From positions 2,684,730-2,748,729 of the forward strand of contig OZ252241.1 in the NCBI GenBank assembly GCA_965249535.1: DNA of 64,000 bases, read 5' to 3'. Each line of letters starts with the position of its first letter. Position 1 is the stretch's first letter. The translations under genes and the position numbers were made by a program. Below the pieces are notes generated by a model. That model made no database searches and had not been told where the DNA came from. It saw only the letters and a program-made list of their open reading frames with translations. Source of the stretch: Vicinamibacterales bacterium (GTDB taxonomy: Bacteria > Acidobacteriota > Vicinamibacteria > Vicinamibacterales > G965249535). Shown here piece after piece: positions 9,669 to 17,662 of the stretch.

Positions 9669-9677
9669 TAAGGAAGG
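9669..9677 (+). promoter_or_regulatory. Shine-Dalgarno-like TAAGGAAGG upstream of a candidate CTG start for ftsB
   Basis: TAAGGAAGG is followed by 4 nt (including an in-frame TAG) and then CTG 9682. The in-frame region 9682..9819 encodes the expected TM helix but contains no ATG, GTG or TTG. Confidence 0.35.
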
Positions 9678-9681
9678 TTAG

Positions 9682-10044
9682 CTGGAAGAACAGCCATCGG
9701 TTTCTAGTCGTTTCACTTCTTCTCATCGCTTCACTTCGAAGCGGCGAGCTGCTCGGTATCTTTTACTATTTATAGCCTGCGTACTTGTCGCGAATGCACT
9801 GGTCGGTGACCGGGGACTAGTGGCGCTCCTCCGTGCCAATCGGCAGTATGGCGAATTATCTTCGGCGATCGCTGATCTTAAGAGGGAAAACGCGGATTTG
9901 AGAGAACAGGCGCGTCAGCTTCTCGAGGATGGGGAAACGATAGAGGAACTTGCACGTCGTGAACTCGGTCTCATAGGTCAAGGCGAGAAGCTTTTTGTCA
10001 TCGTTCCAGGACCTACTCCATCGACCTCTCTTTCAAAACGCTAG
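9682..10044 (+). CDS. ftsB: Septum formation initiator FtsB/DivIC-like protein (start uncertain)
   Basis: The track ORF 9820..10044 encodes the coiled coil plus the ELARRELGLIGQGEKLFVIV tail typical of FtsB/DivIC. The in-frame upstream sequence encodes RRAARYLLLFIACVLVANALVG, the required TM anchor, which is reachable only from CTG 9682. Confidence 0.65.
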   Translation: MEEQPSVSSRFTSSHRFTSKRRAARYLLLFIACVLVANALVGDRGLVALLRANRQYGELSSAIADLKRENADLREQARQLLEDGETIEELARRELGLIGQGEKLFVIVPGPTPSTSLSKR

Positions 10045-10256
10045 GAGTAATGTCTTAATCGATGAGTGGTTGGTCGAGAGGGATCTATAACTACCAGGAT
10101 AGTATAATGGAGTGTGGTTGGCTTAGGTGTGTCCTGCTTAGCTGATGTTGTGCCGTTCGGAGTGGATGCTGTCAACTTTTACGAAACCCCATGTCTGAGA
10201 TAGTAGCGGAGCAGATAGTGGTCCTTCCTTTAGACTAGTTAATTAAAAGCCGATAA

Positions 10257-10817
10257 TTAGTCACGATCGGTGCATTGAACTTGCACGGGTCCACGGTATG
10301 TAAGTCCGCCCGTTACGAAATAAGAACACGATAGTCCTACCAATAGACCAGCGACGATGTCGAGAGGGTAATGTACACCAAGATACAAACGAGAAGCAGA
10401 AATCAGAACGGCGAGCGCCCAGAGCGCAGCATGAGCATTTGGCCAAATACGAGTGAGAGCAAAAGCCCCGGCAGTAGCTGACGCGGCATGGCCCGAAGGG
10501 AAAGAGTAATTTGAAGGATATTCACCGATCGCTCGGGTCTCTCCATTCGTCGTAAATGGTCTGTCTCTTGCAATAACCGGTTTTAGGATGGCCACCACGA
10601 TGAATGTGGTTAATCCTAAGGCGAGACCCATTCTCCATACACCAGGGAGATAAGAACGGCACCGACTCACGGCAAACAGACCTAACGCAAGCCAAATCGC
10701 GGACCTGGTACCAGCGGTAGTTATAAACGCCATTAGGGTGTCGAGCCAATGAGGATAAGAATGAGAAGCCAGCCAAGTCAGCAGGGCTGCGTCGATGGCG
10801 AGCAGATTGTCGAGCAC
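10257..10817 (-). CDS. PAP2-family membrane phosphatase (undecaprenyl-diphosphate/phosphatidate phosphatase-like)
   Basis: 186 aa and polytopic. All three PAP2 motifs are present: KPVIARDRP, PSGH and SRLYLGVHYPLD. Confidence 0.85.
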   Translation of the reverse strand: MLDNLLAIDAALLTWLASHSYPHWLDTLMAFITTAGTRSAIWLALGLFAVSRCRSYLPGVWRMGLALGLTTFIVVAILKPVIARDRPFTTNGETRAIGEYPSNYSFPSGHAASATAGAFALTRIWPNAHAALWALAVLISASRLYLGVHYPLDIVAGLLVGLSCSYFVTGGLTYRGPVQVQCTDRD

Positions 10818-10949
10818 CGGACGTCCTCGTTACTTTTGAGACGAATCTGTTAAGTTCTGATAGAGGTTTCGAAGCTCAGGTCCGGTACAACTAGGTATTT
10901 TTCGTTCATACGATGTTCTCGTTTTTGGCCGGGTTCTGCAGTATTGATA

Positions 10950-11981
10950 TCAGGCCGGCACCACTTCGACTTCAGTGGTAAGGCCTAGTTCTTTCCGTAG
11001 CCGATCTTCGATCGCGTGAAACAAGTCAGGATGAGACTTGAAGAATTGCTTGACGTTTTCCCTTCCTTGACCCAGTCGTTCGCCGCCGTAGGAAAACCAA
11101 GTTCCGCTCTTCTCAACGATCTTTTTTTCAACTGCCAGATCAAGGAGGTCTCCTTCTCGAGAGATCCCTTCCCCATAAATTATATCGAATTCAGCCTCAC
11201 GAAACGGTGACGCAACCTTGTTCTTAACCACCTTAACCCGTGTGCGACCACCGATGATGAGATCACCGTTCTTGATAGCACCGATTCGTCGGATATCCAA
11301 TCTAACTGATGAGTAGAATTTTAAAGCCCGTCCCCCAGTTGTGGTTTCTGGGTTTCCGAACATTACTCCAATTTTTTCTCGTAACTGATTAATGAAAACG
11401 AGCGAGGTCCGAGACTTAGAGACGACGCCAGTAAGTTTCCGCAAAGCCTGTGACATCAGGCGGGCCTGTAGTCCCATCTGAGCATCGCCCATCTCACCAT
11501 CGATTTCCGCACGAGGCACAAGAGCTGCCACCGAATCGACTACTATGACATCGACACCACCTGATCTTACTAGTACTTCAACGATTTCTAGGGCTTGTTC
11601 ACCATTGTCCGGTTGTGAGACGAGCAGGTTATCGAGCTGTACCCCAAGCTTATTAGCGTATGTAGGGTCCAGTGCATGCTCGGCGTCGACAAATGCGGCA
11701 ATTCCACCGCGTTTTTGCGCCTCAGCGATTACCTGAAGAGCCAGTGTGGTTTTGCCGGATGCCTCAGGTCCGAAAATTTCTATAACACGACCTCTAGGTA
11801 CGCCACCGACACCTAGCGCGTAGTCAAGACTAATTGAACCGGTTGAAATACTTTGGATCGAGGACAACGCATTTCGTCGGCCGAGCCGCATGATCGAACC
11901 TTTGCCGAACTGCTTCTCAATTTGTCCAACGGCTATTTCGACGGCTTTGTTACGTTCTCGATCCCGTCGTTCGTCGGCCAT
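10950..11981 (-). CDS. recA: Recombinase RecA
   Basis: 343 aa with Walker [33 protein letters not shown], and [37 protein letters not shown]. Confidence 0.98.
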   Translation of the reverse strand: MADERRDRERNKAVEIAVGQIEKQFGKGSIMRLGRRNALSSIQSISTGSISLDYALGVGGVPRGRVIEIFGPEASGKTTLALQVIAEAQKRGGIAAFVDAEHALDPTYANKLGVQLDNLLVSQPDNGEQALEIVEVLVRSGGVDVIVVDSVAALVPRAEIDGEMGDAQMGLQARLMSQALRKLTGVVSKSRTSLVFINQLREKIGVMFGNPETTTGGRALKFYSSVRLDIRRIGAIKNGDLIIGGRTRVKVVKNKVASPFREAEFDIIYGEGISREGDLLDLAVEKKIVEKSGTWFSYGGERLGQGRENVKQFFKSHPDLFHAIEDRLRKELGLTTEVEVVPA

Positions 11982-12362
11982 CGCGACCCTCCCAACCCGT
12001 TATCATTATCTCTCGACCCTTGTGGGATTGTAGAGTGCACTGATCTGGTTGTCAAGCGAAAATTAGATCTAGAATCGACGTATATTATTTATTATCAGAT
12101 AGTTAAAACAATCACTACTTTCGCCTACTGCCTGCAATTTACCGCTTTGCTCGGATGTGGATGTAATGCGTTTATTGAAAATTCGGCAAGAATTCTAGTG
12201 TTTTAATCGAGAAGCACAGGGTTTAGATCAACTATTTTTGCTAGGGCTCATATTGAGATTCATATGCGGCTTGTGTGCGGCAAACGCGCTCTTCTGTTAG
12301 GCTTGCATGACAGGTAGTTCGACGTGGCAATTTCTTGTGGAAGTTGGGGAATTAGCTAAGCC

Positions 12363-13145
12363 ATGGTGGACAGAGGTCGACTTAACTATCAAGTTGTCGT
12401 AACAGTTTGTGTTTTGCTGGGGTTGATTGGAACCTCCTTGGCACAGATCAAGTTACCAGCACCTGAGGATCGATCCGTTCATGATTTTGCCGGGGTTCTA
12501 TCCGTTGAAGCTGTTCAAACGATGGAAAGATTCCATAGAGAATTATTCGAGCAGACGCAGGTTGCGGTTGTCATCGTTACCGTGCCCGGCCTCGATGGTG
12601 AATCGATAGCCGACTTTGCGATCAGGGTGGGCGAAGAATGGGGCGTTGGTGGTGAGGGTCAAGACCGTGGAATTGTTGTCGCGATAGCTATCGAGGAGCG
12701 TGCAATATTTATCGCGACTGGTTACGGAGTTGAAGGATTTCTACCGGATGGACGGGTTGGTGGGATTAGGGACAACGCTACGTCGTATTTCCAGCAACGA
12801 GACTTTTCGTCAGGTCTACTGCAAATTAGCGGTGCATTAGTCTCGGCGGCAGCGGCTGAGTACGATGTAACGATCGAAGGAGCGACCAGTCTACCACCAG
12901 GGGCTCGACGATCGTTACCTGAACCTGAATCTGTGCCAGTAAATTCTGTGCTTAGTCTGCTCGCGTTGCTTGGAATGGGGTACCTATTTTTTCGTCACCC
13001 CACGTTGTTTTTTATCTTGATGTTCTCTGGTATGGGACGTGGTATGGGAGGAGGATTCCGCGGAGGTGGCTTCGGCGGAGGTGGTGGCTTCGGTGGATTT
13101 GGCGGCGGTGGGTTTGGTGGTGGTGGTGCCGGAGGAAGATTTTAA
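12363..13145 (+). CDS. TPM-domain protein (YgcG-like) with TM helix and Gly-rich tail
   Basis: It has a signal/TM segment, the TPM motifs VHDFAGVLS and GIVVAIAIEERAIFIATGYGVEG, a C-terminal TM helix, and a GGGFRGGGFGGGGGFGGFGGGGFGGGG tail. Confidence 0.8.
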   Translation: MVDRGRLNYQVVVTVCVLLGLIGTSLAQIKLPAPEDRSVHDFAGVLSVEAVQTMERFHRELFEQTQVAVVIVTVPGLDGESIADFAIRVGEEWGVGGEGQDRGIVVAIAIEERAIFIATGYGVEGFLPDGRVGGIRDNATSYFQQRDFSSGLLQISGALVSAAAAEYDVTIEGATSLPPGARRSLPEPESVPVNSVLSLLALLGMGYLFFRHPTLFFILMFSGMGRGMGGGFRGGGFGGGGGFGGFGGGGFGGGGAGGRF

Positions 13146-13167
13146 TCCCACCGAGACGGGAGGAAGA

Positions 13168-13905
13168 ATGCAGACATCGGAAGTCTTGAAGAAATCCGTT
13201 CTGAGAAGAATGATTCAAAATTTGACAGATGACCTTGGCGCTCAACTTCGTAGTATTGTGCTTTACGGTTCGGCAGCGCGTGGTGATTTTCAAAAAAAAT
13301 CGAGCGATTTCAATTTATTTATTGTTCTTGAGAGTTTAGGTCCTAACTCGCTTGAGAGTTTAGCGCCATCATTGAAACGGTGGCGCCGACAAGGGCAACC
13401 TACACCACGGCTGTTTTCACTTTCACTAATTGCTGAGTCAGCCGATGTTTTTCCGATCGAATTCCTTGACTTACAGTCAAATCGGATTGTGCTTTATGGA
13501 GAGGATCCGTTTGCTGCTTTGGAGATTCACAATCGGTACCTTCGGCTTCAGTGTGAGCGCGAGCTTCGGGAAAAGATGATGCGCCTGAGGGAAGGCTATA
13601 TTGAGGCTCATTCGAGTATCCGGAGCCTCCGTCACCTATTTGCTGACTCGTACTCCACGTTCGTCGCGCTGTTCCGAGGATGTCTGTACCTCCATGGAGA
13701 TCAAGTGCCGTTGCACAGTGAAGACGTAGTGACTAAATTTTGCGCGCGGGCGGAACTTAATCCCATTGTTTTTAGAGAGGTTCAGCGGCTGAAAAACGGC
13801 GAATCTGTGTCTAGCGATCTTAGGAGTTTGTTCTCTGATTATTACACTGAGTTGACGAAAGCTGTTCTTCGGGTCGACCATTTCGAGATGAAATCTGGAG
13901 GTTAA
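13168..13905 (+). CDS. Nucleotidyltransferase-domain protein (Pol-beta superfamily) with helical C-terminal domain
   Basis: ATG 13168 is preceded by GGGAGGAAG. The minimal NTase motif is VLYGSAARGDF followed by DFNLFIVL. The upstream part of track ORF 13039.. overlaps the Gly-rich tail of the TPM gene in another frame and is discounted. Confidence 0.7.
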   Translation: MQTSEVLKKSVLRRMIQNLTDDLGAQLRSIVLYGSAARGDFQKKSSDFNLFIVLESLGPNSLESLAPSLKRWRRQGQPTPRLFSLSLIAESADVFPIEFLDLQSNRIVLYGEDPFAALEIHNRYLRLQCERELREKMMRLREGYIEAHSSIRSLRHLFADSYSTFVALFRGCLYLHGDQVPLHSEDVVTKFCARAELNPIVFREVQRLKNGESVSSDLRSLFSDYYTELTKAVLRVDHFEMKSGG

Positions 13906-13910
13906 GTAGC

Positions 13911-14474
13911 ATGAAGAAGGGGTGGATTGCGGTCGGCGTCGTTCTCTTGGTTGTCTTGCTGATGGGGGGGTCATGCATAGGGCGATACAACAGATTTGTG
14001 ACGACTAATGAGCAGATCGATGCGAGTTGGGCTCAAGTCGAGAACGTGTTACAGCGCCGGGCAGATTTAATTCCAAACCTGGTGACTACGGTACAAGGAT
14101 TCGCAGCTCAAGAAAAAGAAATCTTTGTGGAGGTGGCTAACGCAAGAGCGAGATTAGCGGGAGCCGCGACACCGCCGGCAATGGCGGCGGCCAACGCAGG
14201 ACTCACGGCAGGGCTCGGTAGACTTCTCGCAATAGCAGAAGCTTATCCGCAGCTAAAGTCGAATGAAAACTTCATCAGATTACAGGATGAGTTGGCAGGC
14301 TCAGAGAATCGTATTGCCGTGGAGCGTCGTCGCTACAATGACGCAATTCGTGTTTATAATAGTGATATTCGACAATTTCCAAGCAACATGCTGGCCGGCA
14401 TGTTCGACTTTGGTGGGCGTGAGTACTTTGAGGCCGTAGAGGGAGCAGCTGAAGTTCCGGTTGTGGAGTTCTAG
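13911..14474 (+). CDS. lemA: LemA family protein
   Basis: 187 aa with an N-terminal TM helix. It carries RYNRFVTTNEQIDASWAQVENVLQRRADLIPNLV and the EAYPQLKSNENF motifs typical of LemA. Confidence 0.85.
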   Translation: MKKGWIAVGVVLLVVLLMGGSCIGRYNRFVTTNEQIDASWAQVENVLQRRADLIPNLVTTVQGFAAQEKEIFVEVANARARLAGAATPPAMAAANAGLTAGLGRLLAIAEAYPQLKSNENFIRLQDELAGSENRIAVERRRYNDAIRVYNSDIRQFPSNMLAGMFDFGGREYFEAVEGAAEVPVVEF

Positions 14475-14713
14475 TAAATTGAGCAGCCAACGTTGGCATT
14501 ATTTGTCGTTTCCCAGTTTCTTTATGACAGGGTAAGTTGGTGGGATTGTTAGTTGGAGTTCAGGTTATGGGTTCTGAAGCTTGCAGGTTCAACTATAAAG
14601 TTACGCTGTCAGAGTTCAGAGTCTAATTCCTTAGTATCGCTTGGTCACGGGTTGGACTAAGAAACGAGTGACCTACCTCTAGGAACCCTGAAAGGAGCTA
14701 CCCATAAATTTTT

Positions 14714-15895
14714 TCAATTTCTTTCTATCGCGAGTGCAACGCCGTTACCTCCTCCTAGACAGAGTGTTGCAATACCTTTAGTGAGGTTTTTCCGTCGTAG
14801 CGCGTAAAGCAATGTTGTAAGGATTCGAGCTCCAGTAGCACCGATAGGGTGCCCCAAGGCGACGGAACCACCGGTTACATTAACTTTCTCAGGATCAATG
14901 TTTAGTTCTCGGATCACTGCGACTGCTTGAGCTGAGAACGCCTCATTCAACTCGATAAGATCTACTTCATCAAGTTTCCATCCAACTTTTTGTAGTAGCT
15001 TTTGCACGGCCTTGATTGGGGTCATCAAGATCCACCTAGGGTGGGAACCGCTTGTGGCTTGGCCAACGATTCGTGCCATCGGTGTGAGGCCAAGCGATCT
15101 TGCTCTCTCGGCGGCCATCACAACAAGTGCGGCTGCCGAGTCGTTTACTCCAGGAGCGTTCCCAGCTGTGACGGTACCGTCCTTCTTGAAGGCAGGTTTA
15201 AGCTTGAGGAGCGCTTCGACCGTCGTGTCTTCGCGGACCGATTCATCGTTGCTGATTATAATTCGGGAACCTTTATTTGGTTGGGTCTCGACCGGTAGAA
15301 TCTCGTCCTTTAGCCATGATGCTTTACTAGCCAGGGTTGCCTTCTGGTGGCTGTTGGCGGCAAATTCGTCCTGCTCCCTTCTATTGACATTGTATTCTTC
15401 GGCTACAGCTTCTGCAGCCATTCCCATATGCCACTGCTCAAATGAACACCAGAGGCCGTCATGAATCATTGAATCGAGCATCTGTGTGTTTCCCATACGA
15501 AGCCCTTCCCTTACGCGAGGGAGGAAGTAAGGGCAGTTACTCATAGATTCCATTCCACCGGCAACAGCGATGTCGATGTCGTTCATGCCGATGGCCTGAG
15601 TTGCGAGCATGACGGCCTTAAGACCAGATCCGCACACCTTGTTAATTGTCATTGCGGCAACACTTTCTGGCAGGCCGCCTCTTAAAGCGGCTTGACGAGC
15701 AGGCGCCTGCCCTTCACCAGCCGACACAACATTGCCCATAATGCATTCGTCGACCTCGGCTGGATCAATTCCGGCTCGGAGAACGGCTTCGCGTACGGCC
15801 AGTGCACCTAATTGTGGTGCTTGGAGGTCCTTCAGTCCGCCCAGAAATTTACCAGTAGGCAATCGAACGGCACTAACAATAACTGACTCTCGCAT
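14714..15895 (-). CDS. Acetyl-CoA C-acetyltransferase (thiolase II)
   Basis: The start is taken at MRESVIVSAVRLPTGKF. The active-site Cys lies in NKVCGSGLKAV, and GHPIGATGARIL and CLGGGNGVALAIE are also present. Confidence 0.92.
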   Translation of the reverse strand: MRESVIVSAVRLPTGKFLGGLKDLQAPQLGALAVREAVLRAGIDPAEVDECIMGNVVSAGEGQAPARQAALRGGLPESVAAMTINKVCGSGLKAVMLATQAIGMNDIDIAVAGGMESMSNCPYFLPRVREGLRMGNTQMLDSMIHDGLWCSFEQWHMGMAAEAVAEEYNVNRREQDEFAANSHQKATLASKASWLKDEILPVETQPNKGSRIIISNDESVREDTTVEALLKLKPAFKKDGTVTAGNAPGVNDSAAALVVMAAERARSLGLTPMARIVGQATSGSHPRWILMTPIKAVQKLLQKVGWKLDEVDLIELNEAFSAQAVAVIRELNIDPEKVNVTGGSVALGHPIGATGARILTTLLYALRRKNLTKGIATLCLGGGNGVALAIERN

Positions 15896-16071
15896 AGGAA
15901 ACACTCCTAAGTTTACGACATAGAGATTCTGGACCACTGGAAGAAGTGTGGTTGTACTAAGTTCCAACCGTCATTAGGAAAATATTTTTCGGCGCCTAGA
16001 CGTGCCGCGAACCGCTTAGACTATTTCATTGAATCCTAGAGTTAAGCAAGTAGAACCTTCAAAGTACACGA

Positions 16072-16413
16072 TTATTCCAGACGATCAGAGGTTGGAAGTA
16101 GAGGTTTTGAAATAACGGATATGCGTCGAACGAGATTTCGTCCGAGCAAAGTGGAAAGTCGTTCCACGATCAGATCCGCCGCACGAACGATTTCTAGCCG
16201 CCAGTGTTCACCGTTGGCCCGAACCTCGAGTGTGCCACCCTTGAGCGTCGCTTGTGTGGCTCTGGCGGTTGCTTGGCCAACGGCCGTTCGCCAAGCAAAT
16301 GAAACCTTGGCATGGGAGAGTGGCTGTCCTTGGAGTAAGTTCGCCACGACCGCTGGTACGCACTGCTGAGCGGGAACCATTTTCACGTAGGTTTGTAGGT
16401 TTGTCCGCATCAA
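16072..16413 (-). CDS. DUF721-family (DciA-like) protein
   Basis: 113 aa. The pattern FAWRTAVGQATARATQATLKGGTLEVRANGEHWRLEI...IVERL matches my recollection of DUF721 proteins. Confidence 0.55.
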   Translation of the reverse strand: MMRTNLQTYVKMVPAQQCVPAVVANLLQGQPLSHAKVSFAWRTAVGQATARATQATLKGGTLEVRANGEHWRLEIVRAADLIVERLSTLLGRNLVRRISVISKPLLPTSDRLE

Positions 16414-16444
16414 CTACTACTTAGGGTAAGTCAGACACTGCCAT

Positions 16445-17062
16445 TTGCAGTGGGAGATACAATCCTTAGCTAGCTCAGTGTATCATCAGGCGGTGCGTCT
16501 TGTGCTAGCGTCACGGTCTCCGCGGCGGGCTCAACTTCTGGCAGCGGCTGGATTTGACTTTGAAATTTCACCGGCCGATGTCAACGAAGCACGGTTGAAG
16601 GATGAATCACCCGAAACTTATGTGACGCGACTGGCCAATGCTAAGGCGACTTCTGTTACGGGGCGGTATCCTAACTGTGTTGTGGTTGGGGCGGACACAC
16701 TGGTGGTCGCCAAGAATCAGATATTGGGAAAGCCGACGGATAATCAAGACGCGGTTAAAATGTTACGCCAGCTTTCTGGGAGGACCCACGAGGTGTTGAC
16801 GGCTGTGACGGTTCTGAGAGATGCTCAGAGAGCGTCTGTTATTGGTAGTACGCGTGTTACTTTTATTGAGCTGAGCGATCAAGGGGTTGCTGCGTACGTA
16901 GCGTCTGGTGAACCCATAGATATGGCCGGTGCGTACGCGATCCAAGGGCTGGCTTCACGGTTTGTCGAGAGTATAGAGGGTTCTTATACAAATGTGGTAG
17001 GACTGCCAATCGTTTTACTTATACGGCTACTGAGCCAGGTGGGGATATCCCAGGATCTCTAG
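16445..17062 (+). CDS. maf: Maf-like nucleoside-triphosphate pyrophosphatase
   Basis: Contains LVLASRSPRRAQLL, VVGADTLV and AGAYAIQG. The exact start is uncertain: the track uses TTG and in-frame GTGs follow. Confidence 0.88.
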   Translation: MQWEIQSLASSVYHQAVRLVLASRSPRRAQLLAAAGFDFEISPADVNEARLKDESPETYVTRLANAKATSVTGRYPNCVVVGADTLVVAKNQILGKPTDNQDAVKMLRQLSGRTHEVLTAVTVLRDAQRASVIGSTRVTFIELSDQGVAAYVASGEPIDMAGAYAIQGLASRFVESIEGSYTNVVGLPIVLLIRLLSQVGISQDL

Positions 17063-17183
17063 GCTACGACCTTGCTCCATGACTATGCTGATGGGACTTT
17101 GGTCTCTAGGGAAGAGTTGTCGTTGACGGGGGGGACTGGCGCGGCTATTCTTACGGTGTTGGGTGTTTGGAAGATTGGATATT

Positions 17184-17603
17184 ATGGTAAAAAAACTCTT
17201 AAGGATTGGGTTGACGGCCCTTGTGCTCTCTAGTGCCCTTGGCGGTTTACTTTGGACGACAATGAGTGAAGCTACCCAGTACTACAAGCATGTAGATGAG
17301 ATAATGGCTGATCCTGTTGTTTGGTATGGCAAACCTCTGCAGGTGCACGGTTACGTAGTGAATGCCAAACGGGCTCGAAATAGTCTGGACTACCGTTTTG
17401 ATGTTGAAAACAATGGCGCGGTGGTAAGGGCAGAGTACACTGGGCTTGTGCCTGACACCTTTAAGGATGGAGCAGAGGTGGTAATTCAGGGGCGTTTAAG
17501 TCCAGAAGTCTTTACGGTTCAGGAAAACGGGATCATGGCTAAATGTCCATCTAAGTACGAACCGAAACCAGGTTCTTTGAGTGAGGGTAGAACGGCTTAT
17601 TAA
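17184..17603 (+). CDS. ccmE: Cytochrome c maturation heme chaperone CcmE, CxxxY variant
   Basis: It has an N-terminal TM anchor and an OB-fold-type body (LQVHGYVV, VVRAEYTGLVPDTFKDGAEVVIQGRL). The heme-binding position reads AKCPSKYEP (Cys codon 17544..17546) where canonical CcmE has AKHDENYxP. The start may be GTG 17163. Confidence 0.85.
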   Translation: MVKKLLRIGLTALVLSSALGGLLWTTMSEATQYYKHVDEIMADPVVWYGKPLQVHGYVVNAKRARNSLDYRFDVENNGAVVRAEYTGLVPDTFKDGAEVVIQGRLSPEVFTVQENGIMAKCPSKYEPKPGSLSEGRTAY

Positions 17604-17662
17604 TCACTTATTGAGGGTTGTAGCACACAGGTAGTACTTCTAGATATTGCTCTGGCTAATCG

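Noticed and set aside
12000-12362. A search of the 360-nt recA upstream region for an SOS/LexA operator.
   Set aside because: I could find no CTGT-N8-ACAG, GAAC-N4-GTTC or GTTC-N7-GTTC type box. Only a short TAGATCTA palindrome is present (12064..12071), which is too short to call. A LexA site of an unfamiliar type cannot be excluded.
13036-13142. Repetitive GGN-rich DNA that looks like a tandem repeat or microsatellite.
   Set aside because: It is in frame with the TPM-domain gene and encodes its Gly/Phe-rich C-terminal tail (GGGFRGGGFGGGGGFGG...), a common feature of YgcG-type proteins. It is not an independent repeat element. The overlapping alternative-frame ORFs (13012..13293 minus strand, and 13039.. 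plus strand upstream part) are artefacts of this low complexity.
14475-14713. Candidate terminator structures in the convergent LemA/thiolase intergenic region. These are the palindrome GCCAACGTTGGC (14486..14497) and GGTCAC-(19 nt)-GTGACC near 14645-14675.
   Set aside because: The stems are short (4-6 bp), the loops are too small or too large, and there are no U-tracts. They are not convincing intrinsic terminators.
15012-15464. A long antisense ORF (150 aa) inside the thiolase gene. Similar shadows lie at 2018..2434, 41997..42509 and 55636..56112.
   Set aside because: Each lies fully inside a well-supported gene on the other strand. Each has biased, low-complexity composition and no start context or motifs.
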